NCBI GenBank assembly: GCA_039802265.1
Contig: JBDRWI010000031.1
Location: 1-27,569 of the forward strand
From: a candidate division WOR-3 bacterium
Lineage (GTDB): Bacteria; Hydrothermota; Tepidihabitantia; SM23-42; JAOAFX01
Direction: 5' to 3'
DNA: 27,569 bases
Part shown: positions 9,136 through 17,353 of the stretch, piece after piece
How the letters are laid out: each line of letters begins with the position of its first letter
How positions within the stretch are numbered: the first letter of the stretch is position 1
The notes under the pieces: model-generated
Told to the model about the DNA's origin: nothing
The model's database searches: none
The model's input: the letters and a program-made list of their open reading frames with translations, nothing else
Program-made: the position numbers and the translations under genes

Positions 9136-9244
9136 TGTACAAGATACATCAGGGGAGAACCCCTGAAACCCCCAGAGACGCTCCATCTTAAAGTTGTGCA
9201 CTTTCCAGCGACTATCAGAAACCCCAGATGTATCTTGTCCATAT
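9133..9244. repeat. 112-bp element bounded by 23-bp inverted repeats (MITE-like or hairpin RNA)
   Basis: ATATGTACAAGATACATCAGGGG (9133-9155) versus the reverse complement of 9222-9244, ATATGGACAAGATACATCTGGGG: 21/23 match. Confidence 0.85.
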
Positions 9245-9250
9245 TCTTTT

Positions 9251-9310
9251 CTATAATGAAAATTTTCATTACCATTGTATTGGAATTTTTCAAATTCCAA
9301 TACAATAAAA
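9251..9310. repeat. Copy B of the 60-bp double-palindrome module
   Basis: Perfect 18-bp palindrome TAATGAAAATTTTCATTA plus perfect 15-bp IR ATTGTATTGGAATTT-ttc-AAATTCCAATACAAT; 57/60 identical to 69-128. Confidence 0.95.
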
Positions 9311-9384
9311 TATTATATTTATTTTTTTGTTTTAGTCAATTGACCAATGCTTACTACTCCCCTAATATCTTCAAATTTGTGAAT

Positions 9385-10311
9385 CTAGTGTCTTATTGTC
9401 GCAAAATAAGCTGAACCTAAAATTCCTGCATCATCGCCCAATTGGGCAGGTAGAATTCTATATCGACGGTATTGCGTGCCCAAAGTCCGCAGGGCAGCGG
9501 ATTTTTCTATTGCTTCAAATAAGACTCTACCCGCGCGGGCAACTCCTCCGGAGATTATTATCACCTCGGGGTCAAGAAGGTTTATAATGTTCCCCAATCC
9601 AACTCCGATGAGTTCACCGATCTCGGTGAATACCTCTATGGCAACCCGGTCTCTCTTCTTTGCCTCATCCGCAATAATCTTGGGTGTGAGTCTTTGATAT
9701 CTCCCAAGACGGCTTTTTTCTTTCTTTAGTTTCCTCCGGGCAAGGGCTATGATTCCCTTTGTGCCCACATACCGTTCCAGACATCCCCGATTGCCACAGG
9801 TGCATCTCGGTCCATTAAAATTTATTGTGGTATGACCAAACTCACCAGCAAAGTCATTTGCACCAAAGAGCATCCTCCCCTCGCAAACTGCAGCCCCACC
9901 AACTCCGGTACCCAGGGTAAAGAGAAAGATATTACTATAACCTCTACCCGCACCGAATTTCCATTCACCCAAGAGTATCGCATTTACATCATTGACGATC
10001 CTGGTCTTCAATTTAAATTCATTATTCAAAATATCAGCGAGATTTATGTTGTGCCAGCCCTTTAAGTTGGGTGAATATCTGACTGTGCCATTTTTTGAGT
10101 CAATTATCCCGGCGATTCCGATGCCGATTGCGGTTATGTCTGTCTTTGAACCGGTGATAAGTCCCTTAATGGCCCCTCTAATCTGATTGATTGTGGTGGC
10201 AAAACCCCTTTCCGCCATTGTGGGCAGTGATATTCTTTTAATTATCTTTTTATCTTCTACAAGTCCGGCCTTAATATTCGTTCCTCCAATATCAATACCG
10301 ATGACTGACAT
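9385..10311 (-). CDS. ROK family sugar kinase (glucokinase-like)
   Basis: GIDIGGT, NDVNA, TLGTGVGG, GEFGH, CTCGNRGCLE; no N-terminal HTH. Confidence 0.93.
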   Translation of the reverse strand: MSVIGIDIGGTNIKAGLVEDKKIIKRISLPTMAERGFATTINQIRGAIKGLITGSKTDITAIGIGIAGIIDSKNGTVRYSPNLKGWHNINLADILNNEFKLKTRIVNDVNAILLGEWKFGAGRGYSNIFLFTLGTGVGGAAVCEGRMLFGANDFAGEFGHTTINFNGPRCTCGNRGCLERYVGTKGIIALARRKLKKEKSRLGRYQRLTPKIIADEAKKRDRVAIEVFTEIGELIGVGLGNIINLLDPEVIIISGGVARAGRVLFEAIEKSAALRTLGTQYRRYRILPAQLGDDAGILGSAYFATIRH

Positions 10312-11468
10312 TATCTGTGTTTTAGCAGGTACCGATAGTTTTCCCTTATCAGGTCTTCATATTCCTTAGTAATCTGTATCCCCCTCCTTGCCATAACAAT
10401 GCGGGCGGTTGCAATAGCCTTCTCCAGGTCATATATTTCATCTATTTGCGGTCCAATCCATCTAAAAGATGGAACATAACGGGGCATCAGACCACCGCCA
10501 AAATAGTTTACAAAACTGCCAACCACTGCCCCGGTAGGAATCAATGTGCCAATCCCCAGCTTAGTATGGTCGCCAATGAAACAACCCAATTTCGTCATAT
10601 TTGAATCATATTCGCGCTCACCGATCTTTATTCGCACATTACTATAATTGTTTTTTAAATCTGAATTTGTTGTTAAGGCACCGAGATTCACCCATTCGCC
10701 AATGAACGAGTGCCCGATAAATCCTTCATGGTACTTATTTGAAAAACCTTGAAAGATGGAAGACTCCACCTCCCCACCAATCCGACAGTAGGGACCAATT
10801 GAAGATTTAATAATTTTTGCCCTTGCGGTTAATGTCCCTTCACCGATATAAGAAGGACCGACAATGGCGGTAAAAGCCCCAATCTCTGCTTTTCTATCTA
10901 TATAGACTGGTCCTTGGGTTGTATCAATAAAGACAAATTTATGAAGTGTGGCATCCTTTGCTACAAATAAATTGGTTGATTTTCCTGAGATTTCTATTCC
11001 CTTATAACGCCTTGTTTTTCTGTGGTGCGTTTTAAAATGGAGGGTAATTATCTCTTCATTATATTTAATTAAATCCCAGGGGTATTTAAAAACCTTGCCC
11101 GAAATTTTTTTAGTTGTTTTTATGTTTCTCAAGGCGGTATTAATCTCCGGTAAACTTTCGGGAAAGGGTGGGGATGTCTTGAGAAAACCAACAGTCTCAT
11201 CATCAACAGTAAATCTTACCTCCTCATATGGTAAATTGACTTTATCCATTAGCAGCAGACGTGCGGATAAGTACATTGTCGGCTCGTTGCGCGGTTGTAA
11301 TTTAAATTTAAAGATACTGCGGGTAATAAATTCAAATTTGAATTTTGGGAAATAGCCCGCATTATGCTCAGCTATTGTCTTCATTCCAATGCGGAGATTG
11401 AACTGAGGGTAAAAATTAATTAAAGGATAGAAATTTTCTAACTGGTCTTCGTAAATTACGACTTTCAT
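10311..11468 (-). CDS. GlmU-related putative sugar nucleotidyl/acyltransferase with a left-handed beta-helix
   Basis: LRIGMKTI N-terminal motif, hexapeptide repeats, SNKYHEGFIGHS..GEWVNLGA.TTNSDLKN. Confidence 0.8.
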   Translation of the reverse strand: MKVVIYEDQLENFYPLINFYPQFNLRIGMKTIAEHNAGYFPKFKFEFITRSIFKFKLQPRNEPTMYLSARLLLMDKVNLPYEEVRFTVDDETVGFLKTSPPFPESLPEINTALRNIKTTKKISGKVFKYPWDLIKYNEEIITLHFKTHHRKTRRYKGIEISGKSTNLFVAKDATLHKFVFIDTTQGPVYIDRKAEIGAFTAIVGPSYIGEGTLTARAKIIKSSIGPYCRIGGEVESSIFQGFSNKYHEGFIGHSFIGEWVNLGALTTNSDLKNNYSNVRIKIGEREYDSNMTKLGCFIGDHTKLGIGTLIPTGAVVGSFVNYFGGGLMPRYVPSFRWIGPQIDEIYDLEKAIATARIVMARRGIQITKEYEDLIRENYRYLLKHR

Positions 11469-11474
11469 AAATTT

Positions 11475-11876
11475 TTACCGGGATAAAAAGATCGCAGCAA
11501 GAATGGCAAAGATAATCCCCATAATTCTTGATGGTGTAGCCGCTTCTTTCAGGAACAGAAATCCAAAAAGCACTGGAAATAGTATGTAGAGATTGGTCAA
11601 TGGGATTACCACTGAAGCCGGACCACACTTCAGTGCCTGATAAAATGCCAGGACCGCAACGAGTGAGACGATTCCTACCGGAATGGCATAAAGACTGCCG
11701 GCATTGAATTGTAATGTTTTTTTGAAACAAAGAAAAATCGCCAAAAGGAATAGAGACCAAAAAGAAATCCAGAATGTAAGACTTTCGGTATTTAGCCTTT
11801 GACTCAATAATTTACTCCCAATGGCCCAGAATCCCCAGCCCACGAGTGCGATGAAGGCATATTTGAGGTAATCCAT
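11475..11876 (-). CDS. EamA/DMT family small transporter
   Basis: Five hydrophobic helices; FYQAL..GPASVV.P and FLKE motifs. Confidence 0.88.
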   Translation of the reverse strand: MDYLKYAFIALVGWGFWAIGSKLLSQRLNTESLTFWISFWSLFLLAIFLCFKKTLQFNAGSLYAIPVGIVSLVAVLAFYQALKCGPASVVIPLTNLYILFPVLFGFLFLKEAATPSRIMGIIFAILAAIFLSR

Positions 11877-11882
11877 ACATTG

Positions 11883-11910
11883 ATTATAATAATTTCAAAG
11901 AAAAAGTCAA
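11883..11910 (-). promoter_or_regulatory. sigma70-like promoter, probably leaderless
   Basis: TTGACT-16 bp-TATAAT, 6 nt before ATG 11876. Confidence 0.8.
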
Positions 11911-11922
11911 CTATATTAGTGA

Positions 11923-11950
11923 TTGACGTTTATTAAAATTTGTATATAAT
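11923..11950 (+). promoter_or_regulatory. sigma70-like promoter, probably leaderless (divergent partner)
   Basis: TTGACG-16 bp-TATAAT, 6 nt before ATG 11957. Confidence 0.8.
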
Positions 11951-11956
11951 AGCAAT

Positions 11957-12376
11957 ATGGATTCTGAATCATTTACGGCATTATATGAAAATCTGCAAAA
12001 AAATCTTGAAGAAATCAAAAATAACACTACAAAAAAAGACAGATACAGTATCGAGGATAAGATTAAGATCACTGAAAAGACAAAATATCTTTTTTATGGA
12101 CTCGTCAAGACATTGGTTGACCTTGGGAACAGAATAATTGAGGAGAATGACTTCCGCCGGCCGCTAAATAATGCAGATGTCTTTATCTGTCTTGCCGAAC
12201 ATGAGATTATAACGTCAAATATCGTCCCGGCAGTAAAAAAAGCAGTGTTTGCCCTTCCCCAGTTATATGGCTTTGCCTACGACGAATTTTTCGCTATTGT
12301 TGAAGAGTGCCTATCTGATTTGCGGAAGTGTCTTGATTCATATGCAGTATACTACAATTTAAAAGGCAAAAAATAG
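11957..12376 (+). CDS. DUF86/HepT-like HEPN-fold protein lacking the RxxxxH catalytic motif
   Basis: Size and the pattern D(L)GNRII....RRP.N.ADVF..L.E..II resemble DUF86; the expected FRN..VH.Y is replaced by AVFALPQLY. Confidence 0.6.
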   Translation: MDSESFTALYENLQKNLEEIKNNTTKKDRYSIEDKIKITEKTKYLFYGLVKTLVDLGNRIIEENDFRRPLNNADVFICLAEHEIITSNIVPAVKKAVFALPQLYGFAYDEFFAIVEECLSDLRKCLDSYAVYYNLKGKK

Positions 12377-13146
12377 TGAAAATTTTATATATAATCATCA
12401 TATTTATTTTAGGAACCGCGATAGGCAGTTTTATAAATGTCTTGATTTATCGCCTCCCGCGGGGAATTTCTATAATCAAACCCAATTCCTTCTGTCCACA
12501 TTGTAAGAAGTCTATTCTTTGGTATGAAAATATCCCGATAGTAAGTTTTCTTTCTTTGGGAGGTCGCTGTTCCCGATGTAAAAAAACAATCTCATTACAT
12601 TATCCATTGGTAGAACTTTTGACCGGAATTCTTTTTCTGTGGTCATTTTTAAAATATGGTTTCTCTCTGAATTTAATCCTGGTCCTTCTTTTCTTTATAT
12701 TTCTCATCATTATCTCCGGAATTGATTATACCTTTCAATTGATTCCAGATATCTTATCAATTCCTGGAATTATCTTGGGGTTAATCTTTCAAATGTTAAA
12801 CCGAAATTTCTATTCCGGATTGGCCGGTATGTTCTTTGGTGGTGCCCTGATTCTTCTGATAAGAATATTGGGAGGGCGCATCTACAAAAAAGAGGTAATG
12901 GGAATGGGTGATGTCTATCTAACCGCAATGCTCGGTTCCTATACCGGTTTTCCAATGGTTATTCCCGCAATATTCATTGCTGCGCTTGTCGGCTCCTGTT
13001 TCGGCATTATCTATCTTGCAATAACCCATCAGGATAAAGATAAACCAATCCCATTCGGTCCCTTTTTGAGCATTGGTGGTGCGGTCACATTTATGTTTGC
13101 ACTATCAATTCAAGGATTTTTGAGAACAATCGGCATATCTTTCTGA
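12376..13146 (+). CDS. pilD: Prepilin peptidase (A24A)
   Basis: GSFINV.IYRLP, CPHC/CSRC zinc pairs, ID....IPD, MGMGD, IPFGPFL. Confidence 0.95.
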   Translation: MKILYIIIIFILGTAIGSFINVLIYRLPRGISIIKPNSFCPHCKKSILWYENIPIVSFLSLGGRCSRCKKTISLHYPLVELLTGILFLWSFLKYGFSLNLILVLLFFIFLIIISGIDYTFQLIPDILSIPGIILGLIFQMLNRNFYSGLAGMFFGGALILLIRILGGRIYKKEVMGMGDVYLTAMLGSYTGFPMVIPAIFIAALVGSCFGIIYLAITHQDKDKPIPFGPFLSIGGAVTFMFALSIQGFLRTIGISF

Positions 13147-13147
13147 T

Positions 13148-14071
13148 TTGAGAACAGCCCAGAAGATTCTAACAGTTATTGGTCCCACCGGTGTAGGAAA
13201 AACCAAATTTGTAGTAAAGCTGGCAAAGTTTGTAAACGGTGAGATAATCTCTGCGGATTCAAGGCAGGTCTATAAACACCTTAACATTGGAACTGCAAAA
13301 CCAACTTCAGAGGAATTAAATGGTATACCAATTCATTTAATTGATATCGTCCTTCCGGATGAGAACTATTCCTGTGGCCAATTTGCACGCGATGCCGAAA
13401 GGAAAATAGAGGAAGTCAAAAAAAGAGAAAGAGTGCCAATTATTTGTGGAGGAACCGGTTTATATATCAAGGCATTATTTGAACCCCTTCACATCCTTCC
13501 CCAGTCAGATAAAAGGATCAAAGAAATTCTAAATAATATATTAAAAGAGAAGGGAATTTCTTTTCTCTATCAGCGATTGTTAGAGGTAGACCCACATTGG
13601 GCAAGGTCAATCAAACCCAACGACCGCCAGAGAATCATGAGGGGACTTGAGGTTTATGAAATTACGGGAAAACCCTTGAGTTCAATAATCAAAAATCAAA
13701 AGCCCCCTCCTAAATTCCAACCTTTCTACATTGGTCTTTTAATTCCCCGTGAGGAGTTATATAAAAAGATTGACGCGCGTTTTGACCAAATGATACAGAC
13801 AGGGCTTGTTGATGAAGTTAAAGGGATTTTAGATATGGGGTACGACCCTGCCTGCCCCGGATTGAAGACGATAGGGTATAAGGAAATCGTCGACTATATC
13901 TTGGGAAACTGTAGTTTACCAGATGCAATTAGAAAGGCAAAGCAACACACCAGAAATCTCGCAAAGCGACAGATAACCTGGTTTTCAAAAATTTTGGGAG
14001 TAAAATGGTACAAACCTGATGTGGTAGATTTGATTCCACAGATCTTGCAGGAATATCAAATATCAAGATAA
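13148..14071 (+). CDS. miaA: tRNA dimethylallyltransferase
   Basis: GPTGVGKT, DSRQVY, IGTAKP, GGTGLY, IGYKE, AKRQITWF. Confidence 0.97.
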   Translation: MRTAQKILTVIGPTGVGKTKFVVKLAKFVNGEIISADSRQVYKHLNIGTAKPTSEELNGIPIHLIDIVLPDENYSCGQFARDAERKIEEVKKRERVPIICGGTGLYIKALFEPLHILPQSDKRIKEILNNILKEKGISFLYQRLLEVDPHWARSIKPNDRQRIMRGLEVYEITGKPLSSIIKNQKPPPKFQPFYIGLLIPREELYKKIDARFDQMIQTGLVDEVKGILDMGYDPACPGLKTIGYKEIVDYILGNCSLPDAIRKAKQHTRNLAKRQITWFSKILGVKWYKPDVVDLIPQILQEYQISR

Positions 14072-14102
14072 TAGGAATCCCACAAAATTTTATCAACAAT
14101 AG

Positions 14103-14130
14103 TTGACATTGAATTTTTTTTTGCTATAAT
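14103..14130 (+). promoter_or_regulatory. sigma70-like promoter with extended -10, probably leaderless
   Basis: TTGACA-16 bp-TATAAT with TGc immediately 5' of the -10; 6 nt before ATG 14137. Confidence 0.85.
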
Positions 14131-14136
14131 TATACA

Positions 14137-17100
14137 ATGAAACAGAAAGAGATTTTTGTTGACGAACTTACCGGGGCGTACAACCGGCGCTACCTCACCT
14201 ACTGGGTGGAGAATGAAATGAAGCGGGCAAATCGTTTCGCCAAGAAATTTGCCCTTATCTTACTTGATATTGACAACTTCCGCGATATTAATAATACTTA
14301 TGGACACTTGGAGGGAGACATCGTTCTGATTGAATTCAGCAAATTTTTGCGCGGGATAATTCGCGAGGTCGACTGCCTGGTGCGCTACGGGGGCGATGAG
14401 TTTATTGTCCTTGTTCCCAATACAACCCAACAGGGAACAATGGAACTTGCCCAGCGGATAATTACCCTCTTAAATCAATCTGAGATTGCAAAACACCGGG
14501 TTTTGTGTAGCATTGGATTTGCTATTTATCCGGATGATGGGACAACAATGGAAACCCTGATAAATTATGCTGATAATCTTATGTATAATGCAAAAAAGAG
14601 CGGTAAGAATAGGATTGGTCTAAAACGGGAAATCGTTAAAAAACTGCAGATTCCCGCACCGGTAATAATCGGGCGTGAGGAAGAGAAACAGTGGTGTTTG
14701 AATCAATTGAATGATTATCATACAATTTTTGTTGGTGGTGAGGCAGGTATTGGTAAGACCCGCCTTGTGCTGGAGATAAAGGAAGAGTTAAAGGATTCAT
14801 TATTATTGAGGGCAAATTCATACGCAGCCCTTGCCTCGGTTCCGTATCATCCAATTCGGAATATGTTGAATGAACTTATGAACACAGAATTTACTCTGAT
14901 TCAACACATATTTACCCAGATTTCCGAAGGCTATAAATCAGAAATTATGAAACTTCTGCCGCAGGAGGCAATCATTACCCCGAAAGAGACAGAAATGGAT
15001 AAATTCCGGTTGTTCAACAGTATTACCACCTTCGTCATCAAACTGGCTGAATTTATTTCACCCCGTATGGTAATGATTTTCATTGACGACCTCCACTGGA
15101 CTGACCGTCCTACAGTGGAACTTCTTGACTTTTTAATTAGAAGTATTAAAGGCAATATCAGAATCTTCGGCACCTACCGGATTGAAGAAATCGGAAACAG
15201 TGCAGTGAGTGAATTTTTTAGTATCTGGGCAAGAGAAAAATTATATACCCAGATTAAACTCTCACCATTGAATGAAATTCAGACTTATCAGCTCCTTGAG
15301 GCAATTATGGGCTCGGTTTCAAAAAATATTGCCCAGTTCATCTACCGGCAGTGTGGGGGAAACCCATTTTACACTGAGGAGATATTGAGGGAATTATACC
15401 AGCGACAGAATCTCTTCTGGAATGGACAGGAATGGTTGCTGTTGAGAGAGAAAGAACTGGCTGTCCCCGGCTCTATTGAAGAAGTTACCTTAAGAAAATT
15501 GAAATTTCTCGCACCGGAGGCCAGATACCTGTTAGAAATTGCAGCGGTACTGGGTCAGGAATTTGACGCTGAGATTATTGCCCGTGCCGCCAGAAAAAAT
15601 GTGGGTGAAACCTTTGATGTGCTTGACCAGTTGTTAGGGCTGAATTTTCTAAAGGAACGGCGTAAAGAGGTTTTCTTCTTCAGTGAAGATGTCGTTCGTC
15701 AGATTGTCTATAAAAACATATCCCGAACCAATTTGGCTGCGTACCACCGGGCAGTTGGTGAGGCAATCGAGAATTATTTTCAGTCTGAAATCCAGAATTA
15801 TTACGAGCAACTCGCCCATCATTTCACAATTGCCAATGATTCTTCAAAGGCGCTATTCTATTCAAAAGAGGCAGGGCTGAAATGCAAGAAAAATTATGCC
15901 CACGATCAGGCAATCGAATTTTTCACCAATACCCTGAAATATGAAGAGAATATTGAGGAAATATTTAAGATCAAATTCAGTCTGGGGGAGATATCTTTTC
16001 TAAAGGGGGCATATGCCAATGCCATAAAGCATCTCACCGATTGCCTGCGGACCAAACCTAATGACTATATGGTTTATGAGAAATTGGGACAGGTTTACGA
16101 GGATATGGGTGATTACAAAAACGCCTACAAACACTACAGGGCGGGCTTGAATATAACCAGGGGCACCGATGCCCAATATCGCTTTATCTCATCCATTGCC
16201 TGGGTCTATACTCGCTTAGGCAAATATTTAATGGCAAAAAAAGAATGTGAGAAGATTTTTAAAAAGGAAAAAACGGTTTCTAAGGAGGTGCTGGGCGATA
16301 CTTGTGTAACTATGGGTGTGGTGTTCTTAAAAATGGGCGAATACAAAAAGGCAGAATATTTTATCAAAAAGGCATTAAAATTAAGAGAAGGCTTAAATGA
16401 CAAAAAGGGTATTGCAGCATGTTATCTTGACCTTGCCATAATTTACACAAGGAATTTAAATCCCCTGATTTGCGAAGAACTCTATAAAAAGGCATTGAAG
16501 ATATACGAAGAGATTGGTTATCAGCAGGGAATAGTTGTGGTATATATTAACCTTGGTTCACTGTTTACTATCTATGACCTGGTCAAGACAGAAGAATACT
16601 ACATAAAGGGAATTGAAATTGCTAAATTAATCCATGCCAAAAGGGACCTGGTCTATCTTCATAATAACCTCGGCATTGTAAATTTCCGGCGGATGATGAA
16701 TGAACAGTCCCTGAATAATTACCGGCAGGCATTAAATTACGCCCGCCAGACAAATTTTGAGGAAGGTATGTTCTTTATCAATCTCAGTCTGAGTGAATTC
16801 TATCGGGAATCGGGTTTAATAAAAAAGGGGATGATGCACTTAAAAAAGGCATTCAAACTCGCCCAAAGTTTAAAATTGAAGTACTCCTTATATGATTGTG
16901 AAATGGAGGAGATTGAATATCTCTTGGTAAATGCCGAAGTTTCAAAGGCATACAAAATTGCAAAAAATTTATACGCTAAATTAAAATCCGAACCAGATAT
17001 CAGATATCGTGCTTATGCATGTATCTATCTGGGTAAGGTACTTGGTGAATTGAAGAAATTTAAGGAGGCAAAGAAATATTACGAGAAGACATTGGAAATT

Positions 17101-17310
17101 GTTCACTCACATCCAGAAAATTCTATTGCTGCTGAGGTATATTACCTTTTAGGGACTCTCTACAGAAAAGAAGGTAATTATCAGGAATCATTGAAGATGT
17201 TTTTGAAATCCAATGAAATATTTGAAAATGTTGGTAATCTATTTTATCTTGATAAAATTGAACAGCAAGTGACCGCAGTAGAGCCAAAGGGAGACCGGGC
17301 TAAGCGGTAG
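14137..17310 (+). CDS. Diguanylate cyclase fused to a STAND (AAA_16-type) ATPase and a TPR array
   Basis: DELTGAYNRR, DIDNF..IN..YGH..GD, RYGGDEF with I-site REVD; Walker A GEAGIGKT; Walker B MIFIDDLHW; GGNPF; about 10 C-terminal TPRs. Confidence 0.92.
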   Translation: MKQKEIFVDELTGAYNRRYLTYWVENEMKRANRFAKKFALILLDIDNFRDINNTYGHLEGDIVLIEFSKFLRGIIREVDCLVRYGGDEFIVLVPNTTQQGTMELAQRIITLLNQSEIAKHRVLCSIGFAIYPDDGTTMETLINYADNLMYNAKKSGKNRIGLKREIVKKLQIPAPVIIGREEEKQWCLNQLNDYHTIFVGGEAGIGKTRLVLEIKEELKDSLLLRANSYAALASVPYHPIRNMLNELMNTEFTLIQHIFTQISEGYKSEIMKLLPQEAIITPKETEMDKFRLFNSITTFVIKLAEFISPRMVMIFIDDLHWTDRPTVELLDFLIRSIKGNIRIFGTYRIEEIGNSAVSEFFSIWAREKLYTQIKLSPLNEIQTYQLLEAIMGSVSKNIAQFIYRQCGGNPFYTEEILRELYQRQNLFWNGQEWLLLREKELAVPGSIEEVTLRKLKFLAPEARYLLEIAAVLGQEFDAEIIARAARKNVGETFDVLDQLLGLNFLKERRKEVFFFSEDVVRQIVYKNISRTNLAAYHRAVGEAIENYFQSEIQNYYEQLAHHFTIANDSSKALFYSKEAGLKCKKNYAHDQAIEFFTNTLKYEENIEEIFKIKFSLGEISFLKGAYANAIKHLTDCLRTKPNDYMVYEKLGQVYEDMGDYKNAYKHYRAGLNITRGTDAQYRFISSIAWVYTRLGKYLMAKKECEKIFKKEKTVSKEVLGDTCVTMGVVFLKMGEYKKAEYFIKKALKLREGLNDKKGIAACYLDLAIIYTRNLNPLICEELYKKALKIYEEIGYQQGIVVVYINLGSLFTIYDLVKTEEYYIKGIEIAKLIHAKRDLVYLHNNLGIVNFRRMMNEQSLNNYRQALNYARQTNFEEGMFFINLSLSEFYRESGLIKKGMMHLKKAFKLAQSLKLKYSLYDCEMEEIEYLLVNAEVSKAYKIAKNLYAKLKSEPDIRYRAYACIYLGKVLGELKKFKEAKKYYEKTLEIVHSHPENSIAAEVYYLLGTLYRKEGNYQESLKMFLKSNEIFENVGNLFYLDKIEQQVTAVEPKGDRAKR

Positions 17311-17341
17311 AGTCAGTGAAAAGCCCAATTTCTTAGCCCGG
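17295..17341. terminator. Inverted repeat at a convergent gene junction, possible terminator
   Basis: CCGGGCTAAG (17295-17304) / CTTAGCCCGG (17332-17341), followed shortly by a T-run on the + strand. The 27-nt loop is long for a terminator. Confidence 0.45.
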
Positions 17342-17353
17342 CACACTTTTTCC

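Noticed and set aside
69..9310. The two 60-bp direct repeats as attL/attR of a 9-kb island at tRNA-His
   Set aside because: The repeats do not include the tRNA 3' end, no integrase is present, and the enclosed genes are housekeeping or envelope genes.
9028..9310. CRISPR array, SRP RNA, 6S RNA or tRNA-Sec in the tRNA-His spacer
   Set aside because: No repeat-spacer periodicity, no SRP GGAA/AGCAG loop and no cloverleaf. 6S cannot be supported without a covariance search.
9087..9414. Short ORFs 9087-9305(-) and 9196-9414(+)
   Set aside because: No SD or recognisable motif, and they run through palindromic repeats; probably incidental.
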